DNA from: Candidatus Binatia bacterium
GTDB taxonomy: Bacteria; Desulfobacterota; Binatia; Bin18
Reading direction: 5' to 3'
NCBI GenBank assembly: GCA_963666315.2
Contig: CAXXHG010000021.1
Span: 32,001-96,000, forward strand
Length of the DNA stretch: 64,000 bases
Shown: positions 30,622 through 40,141 of the stretch, piece after piece
Layout of the letters: each line of letters opens with the position of its first letter
Numbering within the stretch: position 1 is the first letter of the stretch
Position numbers and translations under genes: made by a program
Notes under the pieces: generated by a model
Database searches by the model: none
What the model was told of the DNA's origin: nothing
Seen by the model: the letters and a program-made list of their open reading frames with translations, nothing else

Positions 30622-30891
30622 TTATTGAAATAGATTGCTACGTGAGCCTGTGTGTTCAAGCCGAAGATTGTTCGTATCCGTTGAATAGATCAAAACCCAA
30701 TCGGGCTCTATGTGGTAGTCGCGGCAACTCTTCCAAGCACCCGTCAGTGCATGATCGCGGTGTTTTGCATCAAGAGCCTCGCTCTTTGCCAACCGGCTGA
30801 CGGTGGCCTTGAGCTTCTCAAGATCTTTGCCGCGCCGGCGCATTCGTTTGACATCCTGCACGAATTGCTTCGTCTGGGAGAGCTTTTTCAT
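30622..30891 (-). CDS. yafQ: YafQ family toxin, catalytic residues altered
   Basis: HRDHALTGAW...RDYHIEPDWVLIY; C-terminus HTGSRSNLF instead of RTGxHxxLF. Confidence 0.85.
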   Translation of the reverse strand: MKKLSQTKQFVQDVKRMRRRGKDLEKLKATVSRLAKSEALDAKHRDHALTGAWKSCRDYHIEPDWVLIYSTDTNNLRLEHTGSRSNLFQ

Positions 30892-31149
30892 TGCTCCCAG
30901 CTCTCAAACATGTCCTCTAGCGTGTCGAATGTCTTTACGTCTTCTCCCTGCTGGCTTTTCTTCAGGGTCTTGGCCGTCAACTCGTTGGGGATGAGGACAG
31001 GAAACGGGAGGCCGCCGCGTAGACAAATCTGACGATAGAAGAGCCGGATCGCTTCTGTGGGGCTGAGCCCCAGCTTGCGCAGAACGCCCTCGGCCTGCTT
31101 CTTTAGTCTGGGGCTCGATACGTGCGTGTACAACAGCCGATTTATTCAT
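30888..31149 (-). CDS. dinJ: RelB/DinJ antitoxin (frameshift ~31105)
   Basis: MNKSAVVHARIEP then KKQAEGVLRKLGLSPTEAIRLFYRQI....GLPF...IPN. Confidence 0.85.
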
Positions 31150-31156
31150 GTCCTAA

Positions 31157-31178
31157 CTGTGTCACATATGCAACACAG
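31157..31178. promoter_or_regulatory. Probable DinJ-YafQ autoregulatory operator
   Basis: ctgtgt-ca-catatg-ca-acacag, near-perfect 22-bp palindrome just upstream of dinJ. Confidence 0.6.
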
Positions 31179-31316
31179 AATTAAATATTTTCTTTCCATA
31201 CGCGAAACAGTACAAAACGACTTCTGCCGAGCTTGATCCGGCGTCCACTCCAGTGCTATGGGTTCCTCTGCTTCATAAACCATTCATCTTTTTCATGTTG
31301 CCCAAAGAGGCCTATC

Positions 31317-31622
31317 ATGTCGGCATATTTTATTCTCGCCCAAACGATTACCGATCCCGAGAAATACCAGAAGGACTATATTCCGGGCGTGCTGCCTTTT
31401 CTGGCGAAATACAAGGGTGAAATCGTTGTGGCCGACTTTGAGGCCACGCCGATTCAGGGCGATCCGGCTAAAGGTGTGGTCGTTTTGAAATTTCCGTCCG
31501 AGCAAGCGATTAAGGATTTTATGGATGATCCGGACTACAAGCCGGTCAAGGACCTGCGTCTAGCGATCACGACAAACGCTGACGCTGTCATGGTACCCGA
31601 ATTCAAGCCGCCGCAAAGCTGA
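31317..31622 (+). CDS. DUF1330 domain protein
   Basis: MSAYFI....TDPEKY, KYKGE, VVLKFPS..A..F..DPDY. Confidence 0.85.
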   Translation: MSAYFILAQTITDPEKYQKDYIPGVLPFLAKYKGEIVVADFEATPIQGDPAKGVVVLKFPSEQAIKDFMDDPDYKPVKDLRLAITTNADAVMVPEFKPPQS

Positions 31623-31643
31623 TTATGGCTTGGCTGGTCCTGC

Positions 31644-32243
31644 TCAGAACCACCACTGCGGCGAAGCTCCTATAATGCGTGCCAGTTCGGCGTAGCCCGC
31701 ACTCCGGGGATGGGCTCCGTCGTTTTCCTTGACTTCCTGCTTGTACTCTTCGTTTGCAATGAGTGCAGGCAGGACGGGGATATAGGGAACGTTTAATTCG
31801 TTTGCAAGGTGAGAGAACGTCTCCGAGAGCACGTGGATGCGTTCGTTATGATCAGCGTCAACCACAGGTGGAGGACCGACCCACAGGGCTGTGTACTGTG
31901 TCTGGGCTTTATGGAGCATGAGACGAGCGTTGTCCAATGATTCCTGCTGGGAGACTCGTTGGGCATTATCCTCAATCACGGTGTCGTTCACGCCGAATGA
32001 AAAAACAATACGGCAGTCAACTGATGCTAGCGACTCGGGCAGTCTCTGAGCGCACTCTTCTTCCCAGCGCTGCAGGATGTTGCGGCTCGTATTGCGTCTG
32101 ATCCCCAAATTATAATACGTAATCGAGAAGCTCTTCGCCTGCGCTGCGGCGCACCGCCGACCGGCCCAGCCGAGGGCGGCCTCGTCGCCAGTGCCATTTA
32201 CGAATGAGTCGCCGACAAAGCAGATGCGGATGTCTTGACTCCC
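31644..32243 (-). CDS. GDSL/SGNH hydrolase (start codon not visible)
   Basis: ICFVGDSFVNG.GD, NLGIRR.TS, FGVND, DGAHP. Confidence 0.85.
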   Translation of the reverse strand, partial: GSQDIRICFVGDSFVNGTGDEAALGWAGRRCAAAQAKSFSITYYNLGIRRNTSRNILQRWEEECAQRLPESLASVDCRIVFSFGVNDTVIEDNAQRVSQQESLDNARLMLHKAQTQYTALWVGPPPVVDADHNERIHVLSETFSHLANELNVPYIPVLPALIANEEYKQEVKENDGAHPRSAGYAELARIIGASPQWWF

Positions 32244-32253
32244 CCCAGACCCT

Positions 32254-33120
32254 TTATAAGCTCAGAATTTCCCGGTTTATAGCTGCTCGCACATGACATG
32301 GGCTGCCGGCCATTTCTGAGATACGCAGGTCAGCGGCAACGCTGGCGAGCATAGCGGCTTCTGTTTGGTTGACCCCAGCTCGCTCAACTAAGAGACGGGA
32401 AAGATCTTCTAATGCTCTCCGAGCGGCGATTTCGACTGTTTCTCCATCTCCCATAGTGAGGAGTTCATCTTTCGTAATAACGAGTGGACGCTGAAGCTGC
32501 AATTTTGGTGCGATGCGACATCGCAGCGTTACCTCTGCTGCAATTTCAACAGCCGAAGCCGTTGCTTCTCCGTCGCCCATTCTGGCGTGGACATCTTCTA
32601 TGGTGAGCATTCCACCCTCGACACTCACCGGCAGAAACACGGTTGAACCGGGGCCAAGCTGACTATTGCTGAGCTGGCCACCAAAGGCGCCGACGGCGTT
32701 ACTGGGCAGTGCTTCGCCCGCAGGAGCGAGGCCGATTTTACTGACATTGGGAATAAACGGCAGGCTGATCGTGTCACTATAGCGAATGCGATTGCCCTCA
32801 ATAGGAACAACCTTCTTGCAGAACTCGATTTGATCTTTGAGTAATCCATAGCCCGGAATCGCAACCACATAACCAAAGCCCTGAGTGGGACGGATGTCCA
32901 AGACTTCGACCGCCAGCGTCTGACCAGGCTGAGCACCTTCGATACAAACCGGCCCTGTCATGACGCTGAGTTGCTCAACCGGCCACTTTGCCCCGTCGTT
33001 CCAATCTTTGAAACGATCATTGGTTTCCATCACAAATACTTCTCCCGGCTGCACTCGTGCAGCCGGCGGATGGGTGGCATCAAACGTTCGAACGATGTGG
33101 TCTTTACTGATCGTTTGCAT
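32254..33120 (-). CDS. Acetamidase/formamidase family protein
   Basis: PAARVQPGE...ET.D, TGPV.IEGAQPG..L.VE, G..V.LPV.VEG, D.HA.MGDGE. Confidence 0.88.
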   Translation of the reverse strand: MQTISKDHIVRTFDATHPPAARVQPGEVFVMETNDRFKDWNDGAKWPVEQLSVMTGPVCIEGAQPGQTLAVEVLDIRPTQGFGYVVAIPGYGLLKDQIEFCKKVVPIEGNRIRYSDTISLPFIPNVSKIGLAPAGEALPSNAVGAFGGQLSNSQLGPGSTVFLPVSVEGGMLTIEDVHARMGDGEATASAVEIAAEVTLRCRIAPKLQLQRPLVITKDELLTMGDGETVEIAARRALEDLSRLLVERAGVNQTEAAMLASVAADLRISEMAGSPCHVRAAINREILSL

Positions 33121-33127
33121 GGGGTCT

Positions 33128-33451
33128 TTACTCCTTCGAGTGTTTGGCAGCTTGTAACGCCTCATCCTCTCGTTTTAAGCTACCGTCGATAACAAAAGGT
33201 CCGAACGGTAAGAGCGCGGCCACAAGGGTACGGCCGGCTTTTTTGAGATCCCAGCCGGCAGCGTCTTTTGCGTTGAGCAATACGCCGCAAAACCATATAA
33301 ACAGGACGCCATGAATCAGACCGACGACTCGCACGGCCAGGGGCTGTCCCCAGACATATTTAATGGGCATGGCGATGCCGAGGAGAACGAGAAACGATAT
33401 GCCTTCTAAACGGCCAACTAAGCGAAGTCGTCCGATGGGTGTGTGTGTCAT
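33128..33451 (-). CDS. DUF3817 membrane protein
   Basis: EGISFLVLLGIAMP.KY, G.IHGVLF, A.LLPFGPF. Confidence 0.88.
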   Translation of the reverse strand: MTHTPIGRLRLVGRLEGISFLVLLGIAMPIKYVWGQPLAVRVVGLIHGVLFIWFCGVLLNAKDAAGWDLKKAGRTLVAALLPFGPFVIDGSLKREDEALQAAKHSKE

Positions 33452-33490
33452 AGTTGTTGTGTCGATTTCATGAGGTTCCCGAATCAAAGC

Positions 33491-33552
33491 GTAGGTCAGA
33501 TTAGCGTAGCGTAATCCGACACTCTATGCTCGGTGCGCAGGACGCACCCTAC
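33491..33552. repeat. 62-bp GTAG-REP heterodimer (BIME/REPIN-like)
   Basis: gtaggtcagattagcgtagcgtaatccgac + spacer + ggtgcgcaggacgcaccctac; inverted copy at 46065-46126. Confidence 0.85.
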
Positions 33553-34448
33553 TGTTCTTCCTGCTCTGTCTGCTCTTTTTGAACGAGCGCCTGATACATC
33601 TCCGGGCGCCGGTCAGGCATGAAATCCCACTTTGCTTTGAGTTCTGTAATAGTGCTTAGCTCGATTGTTGCGACAACCAGTTCATCGCCGTCGGTCCGGG
33701 CCTTGGCTAACACCTCGCCTTCAGGCGAGATGATTTCACTGCCACCAATATATTCTGCGCCGTCCTCAATCCCGGCCTTTCCTGCAGCCACAATAAAGAG
33801 TTGGTTTTCAATGGCCGCAGCCCGCAGCAGTACTTCCGCTGTTTCATGACCTTCCTCCCGAGGCCGGCCAAACGTGGGCGTATTGTACGGAATACAGATG
33901 AGTTCTGCGCCACCGAGGGCAAGGGCGCGATAGACTTCTGAAAAGCGTCGGTCGTAACAAATCAGCGTACCCAGCTGGACCTTATCCTGGGGCAGGGTTG
34001 TGACTGGAAAACCCAGATTCCCCTCGGTAAAATAGCGCTTCTCAAAAATATCGAGCCCTTCCCACCGCGGCTCAACCACGCCGGGAATATGGGCCTTGCG
34101 ATATTTCTGTACAATCGTCCCCTCCGGATTAATCAGCGCCGCCGTGTTGTACACGTTCCCATTCTCGCGTTCGGCATAGGGGAGAATCCAGTGCAGCCGG
34201 GCCTGACGTCCTGCTTCAAAAAGGGGTTGGGTGACAGGCGAAGGCAGACTGTCTTCCGGCAGATGCTGCCACGACTCGTGCACCCGCGTGGCGAAATACG
34301 GGGTAAGCGACAGCTCGGAAAATGTCAGCAGCTCGACGTTGCGCTGCCCGGCTTCTTCGAGCAGCGTAACCATGCGTGTAACGGTTTCCTCTTTTGTGTT
34401 GGAACTCGGACCGAGCTGGGCCGCCGCAACTGTGAGAGAACGCGTCAT
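33549..34448 (-). CDS. Carbon-nitrogen hydrolase, N-carbamoyl-D-amino-acid hydrolase-like
   Basis: AAAQLGP, FSEL.LT.YF, YRK.HIPG, EKRYF.EG.LGFPV, ICYDRR, YNTP; E-K-C triad intact. Confidence 0.9.
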   Translation of the reverse strand: MTRSLTVAAAQLGPSSNTKEETVTRMVTLLEEAGQRNVELLTFSELSLTPYFATRVHESWQHLPEDSLPSPVTQPLFEAGRQARLHWILPYAERENGNVYNTAALINPEGTIVQKYRKAHIPGVVEPRWEGLDIFEKRYFTEGNLGFPVTTLPQDKVQLGTLICYDRRFSEVYRALALGGAELICIPYNTPTFGRPREEGHETAEVLLRAAAIENQLFIVAAGKAGIEDGAEYIGGSEIISPEGEVLAKARTDGDELVVATIELSTITELKAKWDFMPDRRPEMYQALVQKEQTEQEEQ

Positions 34449-34466
34449 AAGATTCCTCCGTTTGCT

Positions 34467-35069
34467 TTACTCGACATAGCCCATGGGTGATTTTGAAAAG
34501 TCCCAAGCTTTGATCTTTTTGGGGATAAGCTTTATCATCATCCGGTCCTCATTATCCTTGAAGAGCTGGCTGGCTTGCCCTTCAGGCTGGGAGAAAATCT
34601 CACCAAACGACTCCTCGGTGAAGCCGAGTGCACCGTCGCGCTGCGAGAGGCCATAGCGGCTGCCCAGCCAGCCCAGCATTTGCTCTGTCGTGTGTTCACC
34701 TTGCCAGGGGCCGGCTTCAATACGCATGGTTTTCCCTGGGCCGACCTCCGTCATTTCTGCATCGCCCTTAATGATTACGGCCTTGGCCAAATTGCAGCGC
34801 ATGCCCATCAGCGGACGGTCGTCCATGTCTATGACAGCTGAGCAGCGCGGATCTCGGTTGAGGTGTTTGAAAGCCAGCCGGTTTCGGGTCAGGGCGAGAT
34901 ACAGGCACTTTCCGTCCCAGTAATACCACAGCGGGGTGACGTGCGGATATCCATCTCGGGCAAGCGTGGCCAGCCGGACAATCCAGCGGCCGGACAGAAA
35001 ATCGTCGATCTCTTCGGTGTTCATCGCGACTTCAGGATGCCAGGCCAGCGCCCCGCTTACTTTTTTCAT
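34467..35069 (-). CDS. Pyridoxamine 5'-phosphate oxidase-like (FDOR) protein
   Basis: RBS ggagg; EEIDDFL...RLAT..DGYPHVTPLWY, L.RDPR...VID, WDFSK. Confidence 0.85.
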   Translation of the reverse strand: MKKVSGALAWHPEVAMNTEEIDDFLSGRWIVRLATLARDGYPHVTPLWYYWDGKCLYLALTRNRLAFKHLNRDPRCSAVIDMDDRPLMGMRCNLAKAVIIKGDAEMTEVGPGKTMRIEAGPWQGEHTTEQMLGWLGSRYGLSQRDGALGFTEESFGEIFSQPEGQASQLFKDNEDRMMIKLIPKKIKAWDFSKSPMGYVE

Positions 35070-35114
35070 GCATGCCTCCAGATTAGTAAAAAATAGAGTC
35101 TCTTTGCGCAAATC

Positions 35115-35154
35115 CCGTAGGGTCGGGTGAGCGGAGCGTAACCCGACCCTACGG
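35115..35154. repeat. GTAG-family REP palindrome
   Basis: ccgtagggtcgggt-gagcggagcgta-acccgaccctacgg. Confidence 0.85.
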
Positions 35155-35159
35155 ACTGT

Positions 35160-36599
35160 CTACACAACCGGCCGCGATATCACATCACCCGACATATGCC
35201 GCTTGAGCCAGCGGCCATCCGTCGAACTCCCAACCAGTTTCTCATCCTCAACAATCACCTTGCCGCGCAGCATAGTCATGACTGGATAGCCCTTGCAGGC
35301 AAAGCCTTCCCAGATGCTGTAGTCAGAGTCCGCATGCAGATCATTAAGAGTGAGCGTCTTGTGCATATTGGGATCCATCAAGACGATATCGGCATCGCTG
35401 CCGGGCTGAATCGCGCCTTTCTGTGGATAGAGTCCGAGCAGTCTGGCTGCATTGGCCGAGGTGATATCGACAAATCTCTGCAGGGGCATATCGCGCTCTG
35501 CCACAAACTTGGTAAACGCGACCGGCATGCGGGTCTCAATACCATTGTGTCCGCCGCACACGGTCTCGATGACGTCACCCCACAGCTTGGGTCCTTTATG
35601 GGTGGTGTATTCATCCGTCGCCGTGGTTGCCAAGCGGCCGTCCATTAGGCCGGCGATAAGGGCGTCTCGGTCATCGGCGAATTTAATGGCCGGGTAGGTG
35701 TGGATCGCCGTCCCACCCGGTTTTTTATAATCCTCGCACGTGAATTCGAGATAATTATGCAGCGCCTCGCCGTACACCGGCTGTCCGTCGCTGCGCGCCT
35801 CGGCAATGGCGGCCACACCTTCTTTGGCCGTGGTATGAACGAAGTAAATGCCCGTACCCGTTTGCTTGGCCAGGCGGATAATATTGCGGAAGGCCAGATC
35901 CTCGGAGATATTATTGTGAACGAGGTGCAGATTATAACCTTGGTCCCGGTTTTCACGCTTGAGCTTTTCGGTCATATAGCGCACGATCTCATCTTCCTCA
36001 GCATGCACAGCCATGATCCCGCCGTGTTTGGCAACCTCGGCAAAAATCGCCCACAGGTGCCCATACGGGACGCGGATGGGATGAAATGTAGTGAAGATTT
36101 TAAAGCTGGCGATCCCTTCCTGTATGGCTTCACCGATCTCACTGATCGTCTCAGGGACGACCTCACCGGCCAGAATATAGTGAAACGTATAATCGGTGTA
36201 CGAATGGGTACGAAAGACCTCGCGCCGCTCCTCTATCACCGACATAATCGTTTTGGGCGCGGCCCCTTCCACAACCTCAAAACTCAGGTCCCCGGCGAAA
36301 TCAACGATAGTCGTGACGCCACCAAAGGCTGCCGCTCGGCTGGCGTCTTGGGGTGGCTGGGTCATGATATCCGGCTGGCCTGTCCACTCGCTTGGCACCG
36401 GAATTCCAATATGCGCATGCGGTTCAATGCCTCCGGGTATGACGATTTTACCGCTCGCGTCGATAACTCGGCCAGCTTCTGCGGCCAACGTTCCGGACCA
36501 GCCCATCGCGACAATTTTTTCCCCCTGAATACCAACATCCATCTCCCCAACTGCTTGCGGGGTGACGACCTGACCGCCCTTAATGACGAGATCGAGCAT
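35160..36599 (-). CDS. Dihydropyrimidinase / D-hydantoinase-like cyclic amidohydrolase
   Basis: PGGIEPHAH, AAAFGGVTT..DF, SFK (carboxylated Lys), VHAE, KG.I.PGSDADIV, DYSIWEG. Confidence 0.9.
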   Translation of the reverse strand: MLDLVIKGGQVVTPQAVGEMDVGIQGEKIVAMGWSGTLAAEAGRVIDASGKIVIPGGIEPHAHIGIPVPSEWTGQPDIMTQPPQDASRAAAFGGVTTIVDFAGDLSFEVVEGAAPKTIMSVIEERREVFRTHSYTDYTFHYILAGEVVPETISEIGEAIQEGIASFKIFTTFHPIRVPYGHLWAIFAEVAKHGGIMAVHAEEDEIVRYMTEKLKRENRDQGYNLHLVHNNISEDLAFRNIIRLAKQTGTGIYFVHTTAKEGVAAIAEARSDGQPVYGEALHNYLEFTCEDYKKPGGTAIHTYPAIKFADDRDALIAGLMDGRLATTATDEYTTHKGPKLWGDVIETVCGGHNGIETRMPVAFTKFVAERDMPLQRFVDITSANAARLLGLYPQKGAIQPGSDADIVLMDPNMHKTLTLNDLHADSDYSIWEGFACKGYPVMTMLRGKVIVEDEKLVGSSTDGRWLKRHMSGDVISRPVV

Positions 36600-36778
36600 G
36601 GTGTCCCTCCTTCTGAATGGATACGGTGTTATCGCAAAGTCTACGGCATGCGGTCAAGGCTAGCTCGGTGCCCTTGCCGTAACGGAATAATCCCTGGACC
36701 TAGAAAGATCCTGCAAAGGATCGTTGCCGCGGCCCTACGTGAGTCTGCACGGGCTGCAACCGTTTGGGCTGGAGTGTA

Positions 36779-36862
36779 TCAGGTTTTAGGGTAATGGAAC
36801 CGGCAAGAGGCAATGATTAAGAGATCGTCCTTGACTGTATAAACAAGCCGGTGTTCCTGACT
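36779..36862 (-). pseudogene. YoeB/Txe toxin C-terminal remnant
   Basis: SQEHRLVYTVKDDLLIIASCRFHY. Confidence 0.8.
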
Positions 36863-37089
36863 TCATGTTCGCCCCGTTCGATCCCTTCCACCGCCTCCAG
36901 CAACCGTGTGGCATTCTCGGGCGAGGACTAGAGATAATCTGTCTCATCCGAAACGCCTGAAAGGGTTTCAGCTTCCAGCTGATGCAATGCCTTGTCGATA
37001 AGCGCATCCACCTTTTCCCCCGTGCGCTGGGAAAGGTTTTGTAAAAGCGTCTTTTGCTCTGGCGTTAAGTCAAACGGTGAGGATTGCAT
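36863..37089 (-). pseudogene. Antitoxin with RHH-like N-terminus and YefM-like C-terminus; in-frame TAG at 36928-36930
   Basis: MQSSPFDLTPEQKTLLQNLSQRTGEKVDALIDKAL...DETDYL*SSPENATRLLEAVE. Confidence 0.65.
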
Positions 37090-37176
37090 GATGATCTATC
37101 CTACTATGGGGCGCTGTCGCTGTCATGGGCTCAGTATACCAGCACTCACAAAAATCGGTCAGCGTTTTTTGGGGTG

Positions 37177-37745
37177 CTAAAAATAAGGTAAGAATAATGC
37201 AGATCTTTCTTCGTGAGTCAAGGCAGTCTGGAGCCGCACGAATTGGGTTTGGAGAGAGGGGTCATGAGGGAGGGCCTCGCGCAGTGCCTTCCGTTGCCGA
37301 CTCACCCAGCTATAATCCGCCCCGCCCAGCCGCTGACCGATCTCGCGTTGACTCGCCCCGGTAGACCGATACAGACACTTCATCACGAGGGCCTGCTCCA
37401 GTCCCCCGCCCCGCTGACACAGCTCGGCCTCCTCGCAGCCTAACTCGTGTGCCAGAACCGCCAGGGCCGCATCGAGCTCCCACGGTTGCTGTAAAGCCCG
37501 CCGGGCCGGTTGCTCGCGGGCGGCATCCGGCGCCGCGTGGACCTGGGGCCGGATGCGGGCGACAAACTCTTCCGTCCCCAGCACGACCTGGCCGCGCAGC
37601 TGAGCCCACGGACTCGGGAGCTGACTCCGCACCCCGTCCTCCATAAACCGGGCGTAGGCGCGCCGCCCCTGCGGCGTGTCGTCTCCAAAGCTGGCTAAGA
37701 CGAGGGCATGGGTGACCAGCGGGGGAGCGGCGCGCCGGTCGAGGT
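37177..37745 (-). mobile_element. C-terminal fragment of a REP-associated tyrosine transposase-like protein with DnaA-C-like HTH
   Basis: VLASFG....RRAY.RF...G...SPW..LRGQ.VLG.EEF; QREIGQRLGG.DYS.VS; visibly higher GC than flanks. Confidence 0.7.
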
Positions 37746-37746
37746 G

Positions 37747-38021
37747 CCCCACAAATGTACGAGGTCGAGACCGGCACGATCGAGAACAATTGCCAGGTCG
37801 TCGACCCAGCGGTCTAGTGGATAGCCGCCAGGCTAGGCGCGGTCGGACTGTCCGGCGCCGCGATAGTGCCAGTCTATGACTTGGAGCTGAGGCGTGAGTA
37901 ACGAGCGAATCTTGGCGAATTGATCGTGCAAGAGACCGAATCCACCCGTCACCACGAGTGGTTCACCTGTCCCGTTGACGTCGTACCATAGCTCAACGCC
38001 GTTATCGTTTGCATACGGCAT
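37747..38021 (-). pseudogene. Alpha/beta hydrolase N-terminal fragment
   Basis: G.ELWYDV.G.GEPL, D...RGAGQSD*...WVDDL..VLD..G...VHLWG, then junction. Confidence 0.75.
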
Positions 38022-38115
38022 GCCCCGGGCCTCCTTTCAGCCAAGGGTTTCAATTTGACTCTTACAAGTATTTAGTGGGCAATGCTAATGATTATTTTCG
38101 GAGGAGGAAAAAGCT

Positions 38116-38466
38116 ATGGTCAAATTTGTCGGGTGTGTGCGCCGTAAAGCCGGCATGTCAACGGCTGAGTTTCAGGACTATTGGAAAAACAATCATGGCC
38201 CGCTGGTCAGGAGCGTGCCTGAGTTTTGGGGCTATGTCCGCAGATATGTGCAAGGCCACACTATCAGCGATCCTGTACCGGGCTTTCCGCCTTCAGATGA
38301 GGCTCCATTCGATGGCATAGCCGAGCTGTGGTTTGACAGCGTGGAGGACATAGGCAAAGCGTTTAGCCATCCACGCTATCTTGAAATCATTCGACCGGAT
38401 GAGGCAAAATTCGTCGATTTCGCAAACTCCAGAATCTTTCTCGTCGAAGATGTTGAGATATCTTGA
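38116..38466 (+). CDS. EthD domain protein
   Basis: RKAGMS..EF.DYW...HGPL, RRYVQ.H, DGIAELWFD, PDE..F.D. Confidence 0.9.
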   Translation: MVKFVGCVRRKAGMSTAEFQDYWKNNHGPLVRSVPEFWGYVRRYVQGHTISDPVPGFPPSDEAPFDGIAELWFDSVEDIGKAFSHPRYLEIIRPDEAKFVDFANSRIFLVEDVEIS

Positions 38467-38483
38467 CTAAGAAAGGGCCGACC

Positions 38484-39590
38484 ATGAACTTTGGCGTCAG
38501 TTTGCAGTCGCATATCCAGAACAGTTAGGAGCATACTGTATTGGCTGAACAAATGGGTTTCAGCAATGCGTGGTCCGTGGATACCCAGATGCTCGCCTCG
38601 GATGTGTATGCGTGTATGACTCTGGCTGCCGAGCATACGACTAAGATCCAGCTTGGCACAGCCGTAGCTGTCGCACTTACCCGTATTGCACCGGTCATTG
38701 CCCACTTGATTGCCACAGTGAATAAACTCGCCCCAGGCCGGGTCATCCTGGGGTTGGGCACCGGTCACACCGCCTGGCGGGCCATGGGCATGCCGCCCGT
38801 ACGTCTGGATACGTTCCGGCATACTATTGAAGTGTGTCGAAAATTGCTGCGTGGCGAAGCGGTCGAATATCTTGAACGCGGACGCCAGAGTCAGATTCGC
38901 TTTCTCGACCGTGAGCATGGCTATATTAACGTCCACGACCCGGTCCCGATCTATCTGGCCGCCTCGTATCCCACAGCACTCGCCTTGGCTGGAGAACTTG
39001 GTGATGGCTTGATTACGGTGAGTACACTTTCCCCTGATGCGCTCACGACGACGCTGGCGCAAGCGGCCAAAGGTAGACAGCCGGGGTCGGTTCAGAATCC
39101 AGACTGGCCGGTTGTGACCGTGGGTGTATCGTGCGTGCTGCGCCCGGGTGAAGGGCTGGATAGTCCCCGGGTGCTGAGCCGGGTAGGACCGCGGATCGCC
39201 GTGGGCTTGCACTATGCGTATGAGGTGGTCCGGCAGGGCAAAAATGCGCCTGCGTATTTTGAGCCGTTCTTAACCCCGCAATATCAAGCCTATCTAGACG
39301 AACGCTGGGATGAAATTCATGTTACCCACTCACGGTTTCTGCACCCAGGTGAAGAGCAGTTCATTACCCCCGATGCTATTCGGGCTATGAGCCTCACCGG
39401 AACGCGGGAGGACGTTGTCGAGCGGCTCAAGCAGTTAGAGGCGCAGGGCCTGACCCAAATGGTGATCTCACCCCCGTGGGGCTATGTTGAGGAAAGTATT
39501 GTTGACTTTGCGCAGGAGATCATTCCCCAGTATTTAAGTGGGTTTCTGTGTTGCTACGAGGAGGAGAAGTGGATGGTGTTGACGCGCTAG
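38484..39590 (+). CDS. LLM-class flavin/F420-dependent oxidoreductase (Mer-like); in-frame TAG at 38526
   Basis: MNFGV..., AE..GF..AW..DTQM, LAPGRVILGLGTG, PIYLAA, LAGELGDG. Confidence 0.85.
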
Positions 39591-39657
39591 CCGTGGGCGT
39601 GTACCGGCTTACAGGGCGTCTAGCGCTTACCGCGCCTACCAAAAGGAGAGAAAGCAT

Positions 39658-40116
39658 ATGACAACTGCCGTCGCTGCTGAAACAACGTCGTACAACTTCG
39701 ATGATCGCAATATCCGGTGGCACGAATTGGGGGATTTCGATCATTTCGTTTTTGCCATGCTCGACGTCGATGTGCCAAAGAAGCTGGTCGATCTGATTCT
39801 CAAATTCGAGCCTAACGAGAAGATCTTTTTGCACCGTCACCTGGCACTCACGAACACACTGGTCGTCCAAGGCGAGCATCGTATGTATGAGCCGAATGGG
39901 GAACTCAAGGAGATTCGTCCCGTGGGCAGTTATACCTCCAGCCCTCCAGGTGACCCGCATCAAGAGGGTGGCGGCGATGAAGGCGCCATCGTCTTTTACA
40001 GCATTCGCGGGGAAGATGGCGTTTTATTCGAAGTGCTGGACGATGATCTGAAAGTCACCGCTACGCTTAGCATGCAGGACTTCATCGGCGCATTCGAAGA
40101 ACACAAGAAGGCCTAA
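39658..40116 (+). CDS. Cupin domain protein (ChrR/DAD-like)
   Basis: RBS aggag; LHRH....LVVQGE, G.Y...P.G.PH.E. Confidence 0.78.
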   Translation: MTTAVAAETTSYNFDDRNIRWHELGDFDHFVFAMLDVDVPKKLVDLILKFEPNEKIFLHRHLALTNTLVVQGEHRMYEPNGELKEIRPVGSYTSSPPGDPHQEGGGDEGAIVFYSIRGEDGVLFEVLDDDLKVTATLSMQDFIGAFEEHKKA

Positions 40117-40141
40117 GCCTGCTTGCAACTTTTATAACGCA

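Noticed and set aside
36620-36775. c-di-GMP-I riboswitch (GCAAAG motif and hairpins)
   Set aside because: Lacks the GNRA tetraloop/receptor P2 architecture and is on the strand opposite the downstream gene
35700-36794. Long antisense ORFs (also 10129..11073, 24530..25429, 38376..39212)
   Set aside because: Shadow frames of well-supported genes in GC-rich DNA, with no motifs
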